Shown piece after piece: positions 38,680 through 48,134 of a stretch of 56,324 nucleotides of DNA (within the stretch, counting starts at the first letter, position 1; every line of letters begins with the position of its first letter). Under the pieces are notes generated by a model that was not told the origin of the DNA, did no database searches, and saw only the letters and a program-made list of their open reading frames with translations. Source of the DNA: a virus. Taxonomy: Duplodnaviria; Caudoviricetes. A program made the translations under genes and the position numbers. Where the stretch lies: positions 1 to 56,324 of IMG/VR virus record IMGVR_UViG_3300047369_000502, one strand, 5' to 3'.

Positions 38680-39237
38680 ATGGCTTTACCACATTATTCA
38701 GAGGACCAAACGTCCAAAAAGGGCAAAAATTTTGAACCAGTACAGGCTAACCTATTTGAGGTGACAATACTACCTCCGGATGGTGTTGCTGGTCAAGAAT
38801 TATTGCTTCAGCATGTAAAAACAATTTCAGGACTAGAAGCTCTTCATAGAGATGTAGGTCCAATTGAGCAAAAGTACAAGTTTAGTACAAGATCGTATGC
38901 AGGTATGGCAGACCAAACTGCACTAGATATTACAGTTGCATTTACATTAAACTTAAATGACTCTAACCAAGCTTACTTATACAAAACTATGAGACAATGG
39001 TACAGAGCTGCATACAACCCAGAAACTGGCGAAATGGGTCTTAAAAAGAACTACGTCGGTACTATGGTAATTGTACAGTTCAACAGAGAGGGTGACATCT
39101 ACAGAAAGATTACACTTGATGATTGTTTCATAACTTCAGGTTTACCATTAACAGGTACACTAGACTACTCTGCACCAGATGCTGCAGACCTAGAAGTTAC
39201 ATGGAGAGCAGATGTTTGGGCTGAAGAATTAAATTAA
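38680..39237 (+). CDS. Tail tube protein (gp19-like)
   Basis: Follows the sheath gene; NLFEV, RQWY...YNPETG, LDY...LEVTW; late motif at 38650. Confidence 0.85.
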   Translation: MALPHYSEDQTSKKGKNFEPVQANLFEVTILPPDGVAGQELLLQHVKTISGLEALHRDVGPIEQKYKFSTRSYAGMADQTALDITVAFTLNLNDSNQAYLYKTMRQWYRAAYNPETGEMGLKKNYVGTMVIVQFNREGDIYRKITLDDCFITSGLPLTGTLDYSAPDAADLEVTWRADVWAEELN

Positions 39238-39248
39238 TAAACTTTTTT

Positions 39249-39279
39249 AAAAGGAGGACACCTTATGGTTCCTCCTTTT
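39249..39279 (+). terminator. Intrinsic terminator after tail tube gene
   Basis: AAAAGGAGGA/TCCTCCTTTT stem. Confidence 0.7.
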
Positions 39280-39324
39280 ATTTTGTAAGATAAATATAAT
39301 ATATTATTAACATATCAAAATATT

Positions 39325-39546
39325 ATGACGAATCATAAATTAACAAAAAAACTCCAAGTTCTTCTAACTGAAGACGAAGTTGCTAGTGTTAATCGAGTCA
39401 TTTTAAATGAAGCGATAGAAAACGAAGAGCGACCAGTTTCGGTTAGCGCTTGGATTAGACAGTTAATTCAAGCAGAATTAAGTAAAAAAGACGTAGAACA
39501 AAAATCATTTATTAAACAAACTGTCAAAAACCTAAATAAAAAGTAA
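39325..39546 (+). CDS. Ribbon-helix-helix (CopG-like) DNA-binding protein
   Basis: KKLQVLLTEDE...SVSAWIRQLI beta-alpha-alpha pattern. Confidence 0.6.
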   Translation: MTNHKLTKKLQVLLTEDEVASVNRVILNEAIENEERPVSVSAWIRQLIQAELSKKDVEQKSFIKQTVKNLNKK

Positions 39547-39547
39547 T

Positions 39548-40549
39548 ATGAGCGATAGCAACAAAAATCAAGACAGCGATGCAATGAAGCATCTAGACGC
39601 CAAAGACCAAATTAATAAGAGAACTCAAGAAGAATCAAATTCTGGTGAAACAAATGCGATGATCGATGAGATTTCTTCAACTGGTTTAGGTAAAGTAAAA
39701 ATGGATAAATTTGGTCAACAAAGACCAGATAAATCTGCAGATGAAATGTTAGGATGGCACACTTTAGACAAAGAAACTTTGCCTTCTAAAGGTAAGTTTT
39801 ACCCAGCTGATTTAATTATTCAAATCAGATCGGCAAAAGCCAAAGAGATTAGACATTTCTCAACTATGGACGAAAACAACTATATCGACATGGAAGATAA
39901 GTTGAATTCTATTGTAGAATCATGTACACAGTTGACCGTGGATAATAAAAAATTATCTTACAAAGACCTTTTAGAAGAGGATAGAATTATTGTTTTATTA
40001 AGCATTAGAGATTTATCTTTTCCAGAACCTGAAAATAAAATTATTTTAAAGGGTAAAACTGAGAAAACAAAAAGACAAGTCGATATTGAACTTTCTATTA
40101 AAAATCTAGTACCTTCTGTTGTGCCTTCAGAAATTGAAGCATATTACAGCGAAAAAGAAAGAACTTATGTTATTAAAACTCGTTCTGCTGGTACTATTAG
40201 AATGCAACCACCTACAATAGGTGTTATGCAAGAAATAACACAGTATCTTAAAGATAGACAAGAAAAAGATGTAGATTTAGATAGAGCATTTGTACAAGTC
40301 TTGCCTTATATTGCAGATGACTGGAGAAAATTAAATCTTCCAGGTATTTTTAATCTAGAGGTTGACTATAAAGCTTGGGATGAGAAAAAGTTCATGGTAA
40401 TTTACAGATTAGCTGAAAAAATGAAAATCGGTGTTGAAACTACACTTGAGCAAGAATACGACGGGGAGATCGCAACTGCCCCTCTTGACTTCCCAGGTGG
40501 CATCAAAAGTCTTTTCATTATTTCAGATCTCGCTGGAGAATTACTTTAA
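39548..40549 (+). CDS. Baseplate hub/tail assembly chaperone (gp26-like)
   Basis: LPSKGKFY...IRS...E; DRIIVLLSIR; ends GGIKSLF; lies between tube and tape measure. Confidence 0.65.
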   Translation: MSDSNKNQDSDAMKHLDAKDQINKRTQEESNSGETNAMIDEISSTGLGKVKMDKFGQQRPDKSADEMLGWHTLDKETLPSKGKFYPADLIIQIRSAKAKEIRHFSTMDENNYIDMEDKLNSIVESCTQLTVDNKKLSYKDLLEEDRIIVLLSIRDLSFPEPENKIILKGKTEKTKRQVDIELSIKNLVPSVVPSEIEAYYSEKERTYVIKTRSAGTIRMQPPTIGVMQEITQYLKDRQEKDVDLDRAFVQVLPYIADDWRKLNLPGIFNLEVDYKAWDEKKFMVIYRLAEKMKIGVETTLEQEYDGEIATAPLDFPGGIKSLFIISDLAGELL

Positions 40550-40796
40550 GACTAAGTTCTACCTGGGCATACATCTTAGGATGCAACCTAGTGAGATTGA
40601 AGAAATGTACTACTATGAGTATTGGTATTACGTCAAAAATCTCCAAGAGTACATCAAAGCTAAGAATAAGCAATCAGAGGACCAACAAGAACAAGCGTCA
40701 AGTCAGCAGAATTCAATGAGTTCTCAGTACAAAACGCCAAAGATGCCAAAGGTCCAAACTCCTAAAATGCCATCTATGAAGATGCCAAGATTTTAG
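40512..40796 (+). CDS. gp51-like tail chaperone partner (T domain), start uncertain; probably reached by frameshift, or from ATG at 40581
   Basis: LENYFKTKFYLGIHLRMQPSEIEEMYYYEYWYYV parallels the gp51 LENYY..NF.L......SE.E.M..WE pattern; +1 frame relative to the upstream ORF. Confidence 0.6.
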   Translation, partial: FSLFQISLENYFKTKFYLGIHLRMQPSEIEEMYYYEYWYYVKNLQEYIKAKNKQSEDQQEQASSQQNSMSSQYKTPKMPKVQTPKMPSMKMPRF

Positions 40797-40871
40797 AGAT
40801 ATATAATATAGTAATAATGGAGCGCCACGAAAGTGGCGTTCCTATATACTTAAAAAATAGTTTACAAACGT

Positions 40872-43800
40872 TTGCAACTTCCAAAATTTCTACAAAGTGC
40901 ATTTGATCGATTAGGCAATGACCAAGAGTCAATGAAATCTATCTCCAAGAACACAGAGGTTACAGCAACTTCTGTTTCAAAGGGTGGTGATTTATACAAT
41001 AGAATAGATGACTTAGTCAAGGCCATTGAAAAAATGGAATCAGGTGTTGGTGGAACTACCAATATTAAAGAAGCATTAGCACTTAGAATTGTTACACCTG
41101 CTCTTAAGCCAATTGGACTTGGTCTAGGATTTATCGTAGATGCCTTAAATAGAGCACCAGAGGGTAAAGAACTCGGTAAGAAAATGGATGCTTTAGTGGG
41201 TGGATTAGCCAAACTAGGAGAAGTTGGTAAATCTATCTTAGCATTTGCAGGTTACATTATATTAGCAATACCATTTTTAGTAATTGCAGCATTAACAATG
41301 CCTATTTGGGCACCAGCTGTTTATGGTATAGTTAGAGCACTTATGTGGGCTTCAGAACCTTTGGATAAAAAGGCGATGGAAAAGATGGAACGCCTCGGAG
41401 AAGTAGGTATAAATCTTTTAGTCTTAGGTGTTTCTTTAGCTCTTTTAAGTTTAATGGCAATGCCAATACTTAAAGGTACAGTAGTTGCAGCAGGGATGAT
41501 ACTTGCTGTTGCAGGTATATTTTATCTATTGAACGAAATGGGCATAGCTGAGTCTATGGAAGAGACTGGAAAATCTCTCGTATTTGCAGCTGCAGGTATT
41601 TTATCAGTTGCAGTTTCATTAGTTTTAGCATCGTTTCTTTTATCTGCTATTGGATTTGAACAAGTATTTACAACTTTAGCTGTTGTTTTAGGAGTAGCTG
41701 GCGCATTTTGGTTGATAGGTAAAATGTCCAAAAACATGGATAAGGGTGCAATTGGTCTAATGTTGGCCGCAGGTGCTATTATTGCAGTTGGTTTGGCTAT
41801 CCTATTTATGAAATATGTCTTAGGTCCTCTTTCTCCAGAAGATGTGTTACAATCATTTGTTGTATTATTAGTTATTGGTGGTATAGCTGCGACATTCTTT
41901 TTAATTGGTACACAAGCAATGAATATTGTTAAAGGTGCATTAGCAATGATTGCTGTTTCATTCTCATTATTCTTCTTATCATTAGGTATAAAAATGATAG
42001 CTAATGCAGTCCCTAATTTAAAAACATCACTTGGGATTATTGCGTTAATCGCAGGGTTAGGTATTACATTTGCATTAATTGGTGCATATGAAGCAGGTAT
42101 GATGACTGGGGTACCTTTAACTATTACACTCGGTTCTATCGCAATGTTAGCCGTAGGTGTATCATTATTAGTGTTGGCTGCTGGTATTTCTGTAATAGGA
42201 GGAGTAGTTAGTGAAATGACATTAGAACAAGCTGGTATGATTGCTTTAATCATAGGCGGTTTGGCAGTTGGTTTTGCTGCAGCTGGTTTAGCTTCTCCAC
42301 TTATATTATTAGGTTCTGCTGCTATGTTAGTAGCTGGAGCTGCAACATTAGGTGTAGGTTTAGGTTTATTGGCAATTAGTAAATTAGACTTTAAGGCGTT
42401 AGGTACTATTAATGAAAAAGGTAATAAACCATTTAACTGGTCAGGACAAGAGACTTCAGGATTCTTCGGTTTAGGTGCTAGAAAGAAAACTAACTTTGAA
42501 GTTGCAATGGACGCTATTGCAGACGGTATGTCATTAGGTCCATTATCTGTCGCAGCGATTGCACTTGGTGCTCCAACATTAATTATGGCTGGTGCTGCAT
42601 TAGTAGGTGTAGTAGCAGGTATTAAAGCATTTACAGGAATTGCTAAAGAAGCTGATTTACCTGGATTATCTGAAAATGTTAGATATATCGTTAGTGGTTT
42701 AGCAGACACATTCGCTGAAGTAGGAACTAAATACCCAGGTGGTGGTTCTTCTCTTCTATCAATGTTAACTGGAAGTACTAAAGGACAATCAGTAGTTGCA
42801 CAAGGTATTTCAGCTGTTGGAGGTATGGGTAGAGCATTAACAGGAATTGCCAAAGGTGTTCAAGCTATGGCAGACCTTAAATTCCCAACTGGTTTTGATA
42901 AAGAAGGAAATCCTACAGGATATGAAACTATTAATCTAACAAAAGCTGTACCAGCTTTAACGGCGAATACTAGAGAATTAGTTGCTGGTTTAAGTGCTAC
43001 ATTTGCTGAGGTTGGAGAATCTAAAGCGGCACAAGGTAGTTCTTGGTTTACATCATCTACATATGAAAAGGGTGTAAAAGTAGTTAAGCAAATGGGTGAA
43101 CCTCTTGCTAATTTAGCTAAAGGTGTACAATCTATGGCAAACCTTAAGTTTCCTACAGAATATGATAAAGATGGTAATCCAACTAAATATGAATCTATTG
43201 GAAATATAAGCGCACTTATTGCTAAATTATCATCCAATACAAAGGCCATTATTATTGGTTTAGCTGGAGTTTTCGAAGAAGTTGGTAAATCTGACGCAGC
43301 AGATACTGGTTGGTTTAGTAAAAATAATTTTGAAAAAGGTATAATGGTCACTCAAATGTTGGCCGAGCCATATTCAAGTTTAGCAGAAACGGTTGATAAT
43401 GTTGTAGCGATTACTGGTAAAATTACAGATGCAGAAGGAGTTAGAGATAAAGTAACTGCAATGATAGAAGCTGTAACCAATGCTGGAGATACAGACACTG
43501 CACTTGTTAATGCTAAAAATCAATTTATTGGAACATTAGGTACAACATATGAAAAGATAGGAACAGCAGTACCATTAATTATAGATGCGATTGCTAGATT
43601 TACAGTAGATAAAGCCAAAGCATTTGCTAGTATATTTGGTGGAGAATCTCCAGCAGAGCTTTTTGAGCAAAAGTCTAAGTTTATGCTTTCATTAACAGGG
43701 TCATATCTTAGAATGGCGGTTGCTATTCCATTAATAGTTGGTTCTATTAATACTGTACAAGCAGAACAATTATCGGCATTTTCTACTATTTATGGTGGAC

Positions 43801-44462
43801 CAATGACTGAAGTTGAAGAAGGTACACTAAATACAAGAGGTAGATTATTTGTTGCGGTTGGAGATGCTTATGAACAAATAGGTAGTGCATCTGGTCAAAT
43901 AACTAATGCAATAAATGCAGTTGATTCAGATAAATTAGTAGAATATAAAGGTTTATTTGTTGGTAGAGTTAGTATGCTTAGACCTGTTGCCGGATATGAA
44001 GCGCAAACTGAGCTTTGGAATGCAATTGGAGAAAATTCAATGACGATGTCTTCTAGTATGCCTTCAGTTACTGAAGCTATCAATTCTATGGATATGGCCA
44101 AATTGGTTGAATCTAGAAAAATGTTTGAAGCACTGGGTGTACTTTCAAATGGAGGTTCAGCAAGTGATATTTTAGAAAAAATGGGAGAATCTCTTGAAGA
44201 TGCTCTTAATAATTTAGTAGAAATGTTAGAACAATTTAAAACTGCAGTTGGAGAAAGTGTTGAAGGAAATCAATCTGTAGTTGAAGGTGTTGCATCAACA
44301 GTTGGTGGTGCAGTCGGTGCATTTAGAGATGCTGTAACTGGTGGTAGAAGTCAAAAAGAAGTTGTTGCAGCAATTAGTAAACTTAAAACAGCATTAACAT
44401 CATCAGGTATTAAAGTTAAAGAATTGCCACCTGCTAGTCCTCTTGATTCTTTAAACCAATAA
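40872..44462 (+). CDS. Tape measure protein
   Basis: 1196 aa, Ala/Gly-rich with many hydrophobic helices and internal repeats (LKFPT..DK.GNPT.YE); follows the chaperones; TTG start; late motif at 40798. Confidence 0.8.
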   Translation: MQLPKFLQSAFDRLGNDQESMKSISKNTEVTATSVSKGGDLYNRIDDLVKAIEKMESGVGGTTNIKEALALRIVTPALKPIGLGLGFIVDALNRAPEGKELGKKMDALVGGLAKLGEVGKSILAFAGYIILAIPFLVIAALTMPIWAPAVYGIVRALMWASEPLDKKAMEKMERLGEVGINLLVLGVSLALLSLMAMPILKGTVVAAGMILAVAGIFYLLNEMGIAESMEETGKSLVFAAAGILSVAVSLVLASFLLSAIGFEQVFTTLAVVLGVAGAFWLIGKMSKNMDKGAIGLMLAAGAIIAVGLAILFMKYVLGPLSPEDVLQSFVVLLVIGGIAATFFLIGTQAMNIVKGALAMIAVSFSLFFLSLGIKMIANAVPNLKTSLGIIALIAGLGITFALIGAYEAGMMTGVPLTITLGSIAMLAVGVSLLVLAAGISVIGGVVSEMTLEQAGMIALIIGGLAVGFAAAGLASPLILLGSAAMLVAGAATLGVGLGLLAISKLDFKALGTINEKGNKPFNWSGQETSGFFGLGARKKTNFEVAMDAIADGMSLGPLSVAAIALGAPTLIMAGAALVGVVAGIKAFTGIAKEADLPGLSENVRYIVSGLADTFAEVGTKYPGGGSSLLSMLTGSTKGQSVVAQGISAVGGMGRALTGIAKGVQAMADLKFPTGFDKEGNPTGYETINLTKAVPALTANTRELVAGLSATFAEVGESKAAQGSSWFTSSTYEKGVKVVKQMGEPLANLAKGVQSMANLKFPTEYDKDGNPTKYESIGNISALIAKLSSNTKAIIIGLAGVFEEVGKSDAADTGWFSKNNFEKGIMVTQMLAEPYSSLAETVDNVVAITGKITDAEGVRDKVTAMIEAVTNAGDTDTALVNAKNQFIGTLGTTYEKIGTAVPLIIDAIARFTVDKAKAFASIFGGESPAELFEQKSKFMLSLTGSYLRMAVAIPLIVGSINTVQAEQLSAFSTIYGGPMTEVEEGTLNTRGRLFVAVGDAYEQIGSASGQITNAINAVDSDKLVEYKGLFVGRVSMLRPVAGYEAQTELWNAIGENSMTMSSSMPSVTEAINSMDMAKLVESRKMFEALGVLSNGGSASDILEKMGESLEDALNNLVEMLEQFKTAVGESVEGNQSVVEGVASTVGGAVGAFRDAVTGGRSQKEVVAAISKLKTALTSSGIKVKELPPASPLDSLNQ

Positions 44463-44509
44463 TTGAAACTTTAAGATAAGACATAATATAACAATTAAAT
44501 AAGTTATTT

Positions 44510-44806
44510 ATGATTACTTCAACAACATCACATTATGATAGTTCTACTTTGACATCAGCAGAGTATAATTACAAAACAAAAACACTAATTGTAAATTTTA
44601 ATCATGCTAGTTATTTATACAATAATGTTGAGCATGCTGACTTTGAGGCTTTTAATCAAGCTGATTCTCAAGGTAAAGCGTTAAATCAATTTATTAAAGG
44701 TAAATACGAGTATGATAAATTAGTTGATGAGAATATAGATACTAAATATCCAAAGGGTAGTCTATTAAATGAATTACCACCTGCCGACTATCAATTAGAT
44801 AATTAA
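44510..44806 (+). CDS. KTSC domain protein
   Basis: SSTL.SAEY....TL.V.F....Y.Y.NV......F..A.S.GK..N..IKG.Y; middle promoter at 44465-91. Confidence 0.85.
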   Translation: MITSTTSHYDSSTLTSAEYNYKTKTLIVNFNHASYLYNNVEHADFEAFNQADSQGKALNQFIKGKYEYDKLVDENIDTKYPKGSLLNELPPADYQLDN

Positions 44807-44807
44807 T

Positions 44808-44909
44808 ATGATAAAAAGATTAAAAAAAATATGGGCATATATGTCATGGATTGAGGAGCAAAGAATGAAAGCTGCTGAATATACATGTAGTGCAGGTCCA
44901 TTACTTTAA
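44808..44909 (+). CDS. Small hypothetical protein (33 aa)
   Basis: [33 protein letters not shown]; fills the gap between KTSC and tRNA. Confidence 0.55.
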   Translation: MIKRLKKIWAYMSWIEEQRMKAAEYTCSAGPLL

Positions 44910-44913
44910 AATA

Positions 44914-44998
44914 GGAGAGGTGGCAGAGTGGTCGAATGCACTGGTCTTGAAAACCAGCGTACTGCAAGGTACCGGGGGTTCGAATCCCTCCCTCTCCG
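44914..44998 (+). tRNA. tRNA-Ser(TGA)
   Basis: GGAGAGG/CCTCTCC acceptor, CTGGT-CT-TGA-AA-ACCAG, long variable arm, TTCGAAT. Confidence 0.95.
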
Positions 44999-45052
44999 CA
45001 AATATTTTGAAACAATAAAATATTTACATATATAAATTACAAATAATTAAAT

Positions 45053-45271
45053 ATGACAAAGGCAAAAATTGTACAAAGATTACTAGATTCAGAATTAATT
45101 AACGCTGAAGAAGCTGTTATTTTACTTCAAACATCTGAATCAATACCTTTTCATACTATAACATATCCATATTGGGTTTCAACATCAACTAACGATGACC
45201 CAGATCTAGATGTGACTAAAGAACCTTGGGCATACTCAGATACCAAGTTTACACCACCTTCAGAAAATTAA
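45053..45271 (+). CDS. Hypothetical protein
   Basis: 72-aa ORF; middle promoter at 45009-35. Confidence 0.65.
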   Translation: MTKAKIVQRLLDSELINAEEAVILLQTSESIPFHTITYPYWVSTSTNDDPDLDVTKEPWAYSDTKFTPPSEN

Positions 45272-45298
45272 CTCTTAAATTTTTAATCAATTCGCGTC

Positions 45299-45460
45299 AT
45301 GAAAAAGCGCAAAAACAACAAGGATTTCGAGGCAAATCCAGAAGAGCGTAAGCGTAAGCTCAACTTTAAAAGAAAAAAACAACGCAATCGAGAAAGAGAA
45401 ATCGATTATCGAAGAATGTCTAATTTAAAAGATTTTGATGAGTACGAACAATACGACTAA
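45299..45460 (+). CDS. Small highly basic hypothetical protein (53 aa)
   Basis: MKKRKNNKDFEANPEERKRKLNFKRKKQRNRE...EQYD. Confidence 0.55.
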   Translation: MKKRKNNKDFEANPEERKRKLNFKRKKQRNREREIDYRRMSNLKDFDEYEQYD

Positions 45461-45671
45461 AGAAGAAGCTGATTTTATTTGGCGACATATTGAATGTATT
45501 TTAGATGTGCCTGGTGATATTAGTTCTGGAGTCAACGGTTGTATACTTGCTAGAGTATATGATAAAGCCTGTGACATCTTAGAAGCCCATGGAGCTCCAA
45601 AACCAACTATAGTTGATATTATCAACGACCCAGAATGTGAACAGACTTATATTGTAGAAACAAATGCATAA
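45438..45671 (+). CDS. Hypothetical protein
   Basis: ORF in track; ATG at 45438. Confidence 0.55.
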   Translation: MSTNNTTKEEADFIWRHIECILDVPGDISSGVNGCILARVYDKACDILEAHGAPKPTIVDIINDPECEQTYIVETNA

Positions 45672-45750
45672 TAACGATCACATATATTGGGAGGAGAGTT
45701 GGAATACTACTCCACCAAAAAAGCCATGGAATGGCGAATACGAAGACTAA
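45664..45750 (+). CDS. Small hypothetical peptide (28 aa)
   Basis: MHNNDHIYWEESWNTTPPKKPWNGEYED; overlaps the previous stop. Confidence 0.35.
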   Translation: MHNNDHIYWEESWNTTPPKKPWNGEYED

Positions 45751-45784
45751 ATTAAACAAATGCTATTATTGGCATATAATATTT

Positions 45785-46123
45785 ATGAAACTACTTCAAA
45801 AAATCGCATGGCGAACTAGACGATGGAATTTAAAAATTAACTTTTTTGACCTGTTTCTTCATGATGGCGATGGGTGTTGGGGATTTACCCTACTAGAAGT
45901 GGTTCATAATTTTGAAACGCGCTCTTTATTAGCTCTTGAGTTTAGATTACCAAATGGAGCTAATATAAAGCAATTTACAATAGACAATTGGGATATTTTG
46001 TTTATTAGAAAATCACTGTATAATCACTATTCTGAATTAGACGATAGACAATTGTACTTAGGAGAAAGCAGTCTCACTGGTTGGGAAAAGTGTAAATTAT
46101 ATTATTTAAAGAAAATTCTTTAA
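45785..46123 (+). CDS. Hypothetical protein
   Basis: ATG at 45785 follows TAAAC-N17-TATAA (45753-79). Confidence 0.6.
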   Translation: MKLLQKIAWRTRRWNLKINFFDLFLHDGDGCWGFTLLEVVHNFETRSLLALEFRLPNGANIKQFTIDNWDILFIRKSLYNHYSELDDRQLYLGESSLTGWEKCKLYYLKKIL

Positions 46124-46154
46124 TTGTTCGTAAGTTTTTTCTTTTAAATTTTTT

Positions 46155-46180
46155 TATGTCAATAGAATTTTGTATATTAG
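46155..46180 (+). promoter_or_regulatory. Early-type promoter
   Basis: TATGTCA-N10-GTATATTAG, with upstream AATTGTTCGTAA shared with the 49751 copy. Confidence 0.65.
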
Positions 46181-46198
46181 TAATATAAAATTAAAACT

Positions 46199-46423
46199 AT
46201 GAGATATACCGTAACATTTGAAGTCTATGTCCAAGGTGACAACGACAAACATGCACTTTCTAAAGCAGAATTAATTGCAAGAAATCAAAATATGTTGCAC
46301 CCAAATCAACAATGGGATGTGACTGAATTACACAGAACTCCTTTTGCATCTTTACTTACAGAAAAAGTAAATATTGATGCAATTAAGACTGAAAAACTTT
46401 TAAAAGAAGATTTACCATTTTAA
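46199..46423 (+). CDS. Hypothetical protein
   Basis: 74-aa ORF ending DLPF. Confidence 0.65.
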   Translation: MRYTVTFEVYVQGDNDKHALSKAELIARNQNMLHPNQQWDVTELHRTPFASLLTEKVNIDAIKTEKLLKEDLPF

Positions 46424-46425
46424 TT

Positions 46426-47250
46426 ATGCCAGAATTAGCAGAACTTAAATTTACAGCAGACTATGTCAATGAATCATCAGGTGACATATCATATGTTAAT
46501 GTTAAGAAAAATCCAGTCCACAAGGGCGAAGAATTAAATATTCCATTTAAAAAGTGGAGAATGAGAGCCGAAACTAAAGGAAAAGAAATGGTATTGTATT
46601 GTTTAGATAAACATAGCGATCAATTTATTCCTATTAGAATTACAATGGGAATGGCAGGTCATTTTCAAGTAACTAACACTAACCAAGAACCTAAACATGC
46701 ACATCTTATGTTTTATAGAAACGATGGCACTACACTTTCATTTGTAGATGTTAGACGTTTTGGTAAATGGAAGCAAGGTTTTGCATGGTCAGATAATAGA
46801 GGTCCAGACCCAACCACAAACTATAAAGAGTTTTGGACAAATATCATGACCAATATTACAAAACTTAAAAAACCACTTTATGAAGTTTTAATGGACCAAA
46901 AATATTTTAATGGTATTGGTAATTATCTAAGAGCAGAAATTATTTATAGAGCAGATGATGTCGATCCGTTTCTTCCAGCATCTTGGCAACTTGCAAAATA
47001 TCCTAAAATCTTAGAACTTTGTCGAGATATTCCAATGTTGGCATACGCAAAAGGCGGAGGTTCTATCAAAGATTGGAATAATCCATTTGGAGAAAATGCC
47101 GTTCAAGAAAAATTTATGCTTTGTTATGGAAATGAAACAATGTCTAAGCGTAAAGATAGAACAGGTAGAACGTTTTGGTATGACCCTAAATGGGACAATA
47201 CTCCGATGAGTAGGGACGATCTAAAAGAACATTTATATGGAAACAACTAA
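46426..47250 (+). CDS. nei: Fpg/Nei-family DNA glycosylase/AP lyase, NEIL1-like
   Basis: N-terminal PELAE, KGKE, MGMAG, FVDVRRFG, H2TH MDQKYFNGIGNYLRAEI, zincless finger DRTGRTFWY. Confidence 0.9.
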   Translation: MPELAELKFTADYVNESSGDISYVNVKKNPVHKGEELNIPFKKWRMRAETKGKEMVLYCLDKHSDQFIPIRITMGMAGHFQVTNTNQEPKHAHLMFYRNDGTTLSFVDVRRFGKWKQGFAWSDNRGPDPTTNYKEFWTNIMTNITKLKKPLYEVLMDQKYFNGIGNYLRAEIIYRADDVDPFLPASWQLAKYPKILELCRDIPMLAYAKGGGSIKDWNNPFGENAVQEKFMLCYGNETMSKRKDRTGRTFWYDPKWDNTPMSRDDLKEHLYGNN

Positions 47251-47467
47251 GAAAATATTAGATTACACCAGACTTAACGGTGAATACCTAAATTGGTCTT
47301 TAAAATACGGAGATGGCAGAAATGACCAAGACCTTAGATTTGGTCAATTTTTACATACAAAATATTGGATGACCAGATTTAGAACAGATGTTTTCTACGA
47401 AGAGTCTTGTGAAAGGACATATTCTAGGTTACTAACAGAATTACAAGAAACAATTAAAACACAATAA
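47237..47467 (+). CDS. Hypothetical protein
   Basis: DLRFGQF motif; overlaps the nei stop. Confidence 0.65.
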   Translation: METTKKILDYTRLNGEYLNWSLKYGDGRNDQDLRFGQFLHTKYWMTRFRTDVFYEESCERTYSRLLTELQETIKTQ

Positions 47468-47468
47468 T

Positions 47469-47648
47469 ATGAACAAGTTTAAAAAAATCATGCTCAATTG
47501 GTACCCGATTATTTTAGCATTTATTTGCCTACTATATTCTGTAGGATTAGGTTTAGCGGGTCACACTGAAGAAGCTCAGTACTCAGCACACTGGCCAGGA
47601 ACTATCCTCCTCTTTGCGATAGCAATTAGACAAAGACGAACATCATGA
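47469..47648 (+). CDS. Small two-helix membrane protein (59 aa)
   Basis: MNKFKKIMLNWYPIILAFICLLYSVGLGLAG...HWPGTILLFAIAIRQRRTS; ATGA coupling to the next gene. Confidence 0.7.
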   Translation: MNKFKKIMLNWYPIILAFICLLYSVGLGLAGHTEEAQYSAHWPGTILLFAIAIRQRRTS

Positions 47649-47887
47649 GTTTAGGTTTTTTTATAGTAGGTGGTGTAATCTTCGCAGTTTACATGTACCT
47701 CACTATTTGGAATATATTTTATAGTTCTAAAAAACAAAGAGAAGAAAATTATCCAAATATAAGTAATGTAGATGACATTATGGATTATGATGGTATGGGT
47801 AATTATGGAAGATTTCCAAAAGAATTACAACCAAGAACTAGAGTAAGCAAAAAGATTTCTAAATCTAAAATGAAAGAAAAGGTATGA
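47645..47887 (+). CDS. Small membrane protein
   Basis: N-terminal TM helix; DYDGMGNYGRFP. Confidence 0.65.
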   Translation: MSLGFFIVGGVIFAVYMYLTIWNIFYSSKKQREENYPNISNVDDIMDYDGMGNYGRFPKELQPRTRVSKKISKSKMKEKV

Positions 47888-48129
47888 TGAAAAGATTATT
47901 TATGAAAATAAGGTCTTTCTTTGTAAACGACCCAGTTGAACCATATACTTGGACAGTTGAAGACTTTGAAGCTGCTAAAAAATGGGCTAAATCCCAACCA
48001 GACCCAGAAAATAAAAACCAATCTATTTGGGATAAAGCATATCAATCTGGATGGAACGAATCTGCATATATTTTAGCAGAAATTAATAAACACCTCAAAA
48101 ATAAAACAAATTCCAATATAACTATATAA
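47884..48129 (+). CDS. Hypothetical protein
   Basis: 81-aa ORF, ATGA coupling. Confidence 0.6.
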   Translation: MMKRLFMKIRSFFVNDPVEPYTWTVEDFEAAKKWAKSQPDPENKNQSIWDKAYQSGWNESAYILAEINKHLKNKTNSNITI

Positions 48130-48134
48130 GATAC

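Noticed and set aside
40431-40511. GTG start at 40431 for the gp51-like ORF
   Set aside because: Lies ~120 nt inside the upstream gene with no A-rich leader, and the extra residues show no similarity to gp51.
41522-43351. Long minus-strand ORFs (443 and 163 aa)
   Set aside because: Antisense shadows of the Ala/Gly-rich tape measure gene; no independent signals.
44803-45015. Minus-strand ORFs over tRNAs (also 52640-52834)
   Set aside because: Antisense to tRNA genes; typical spurious ORFs.
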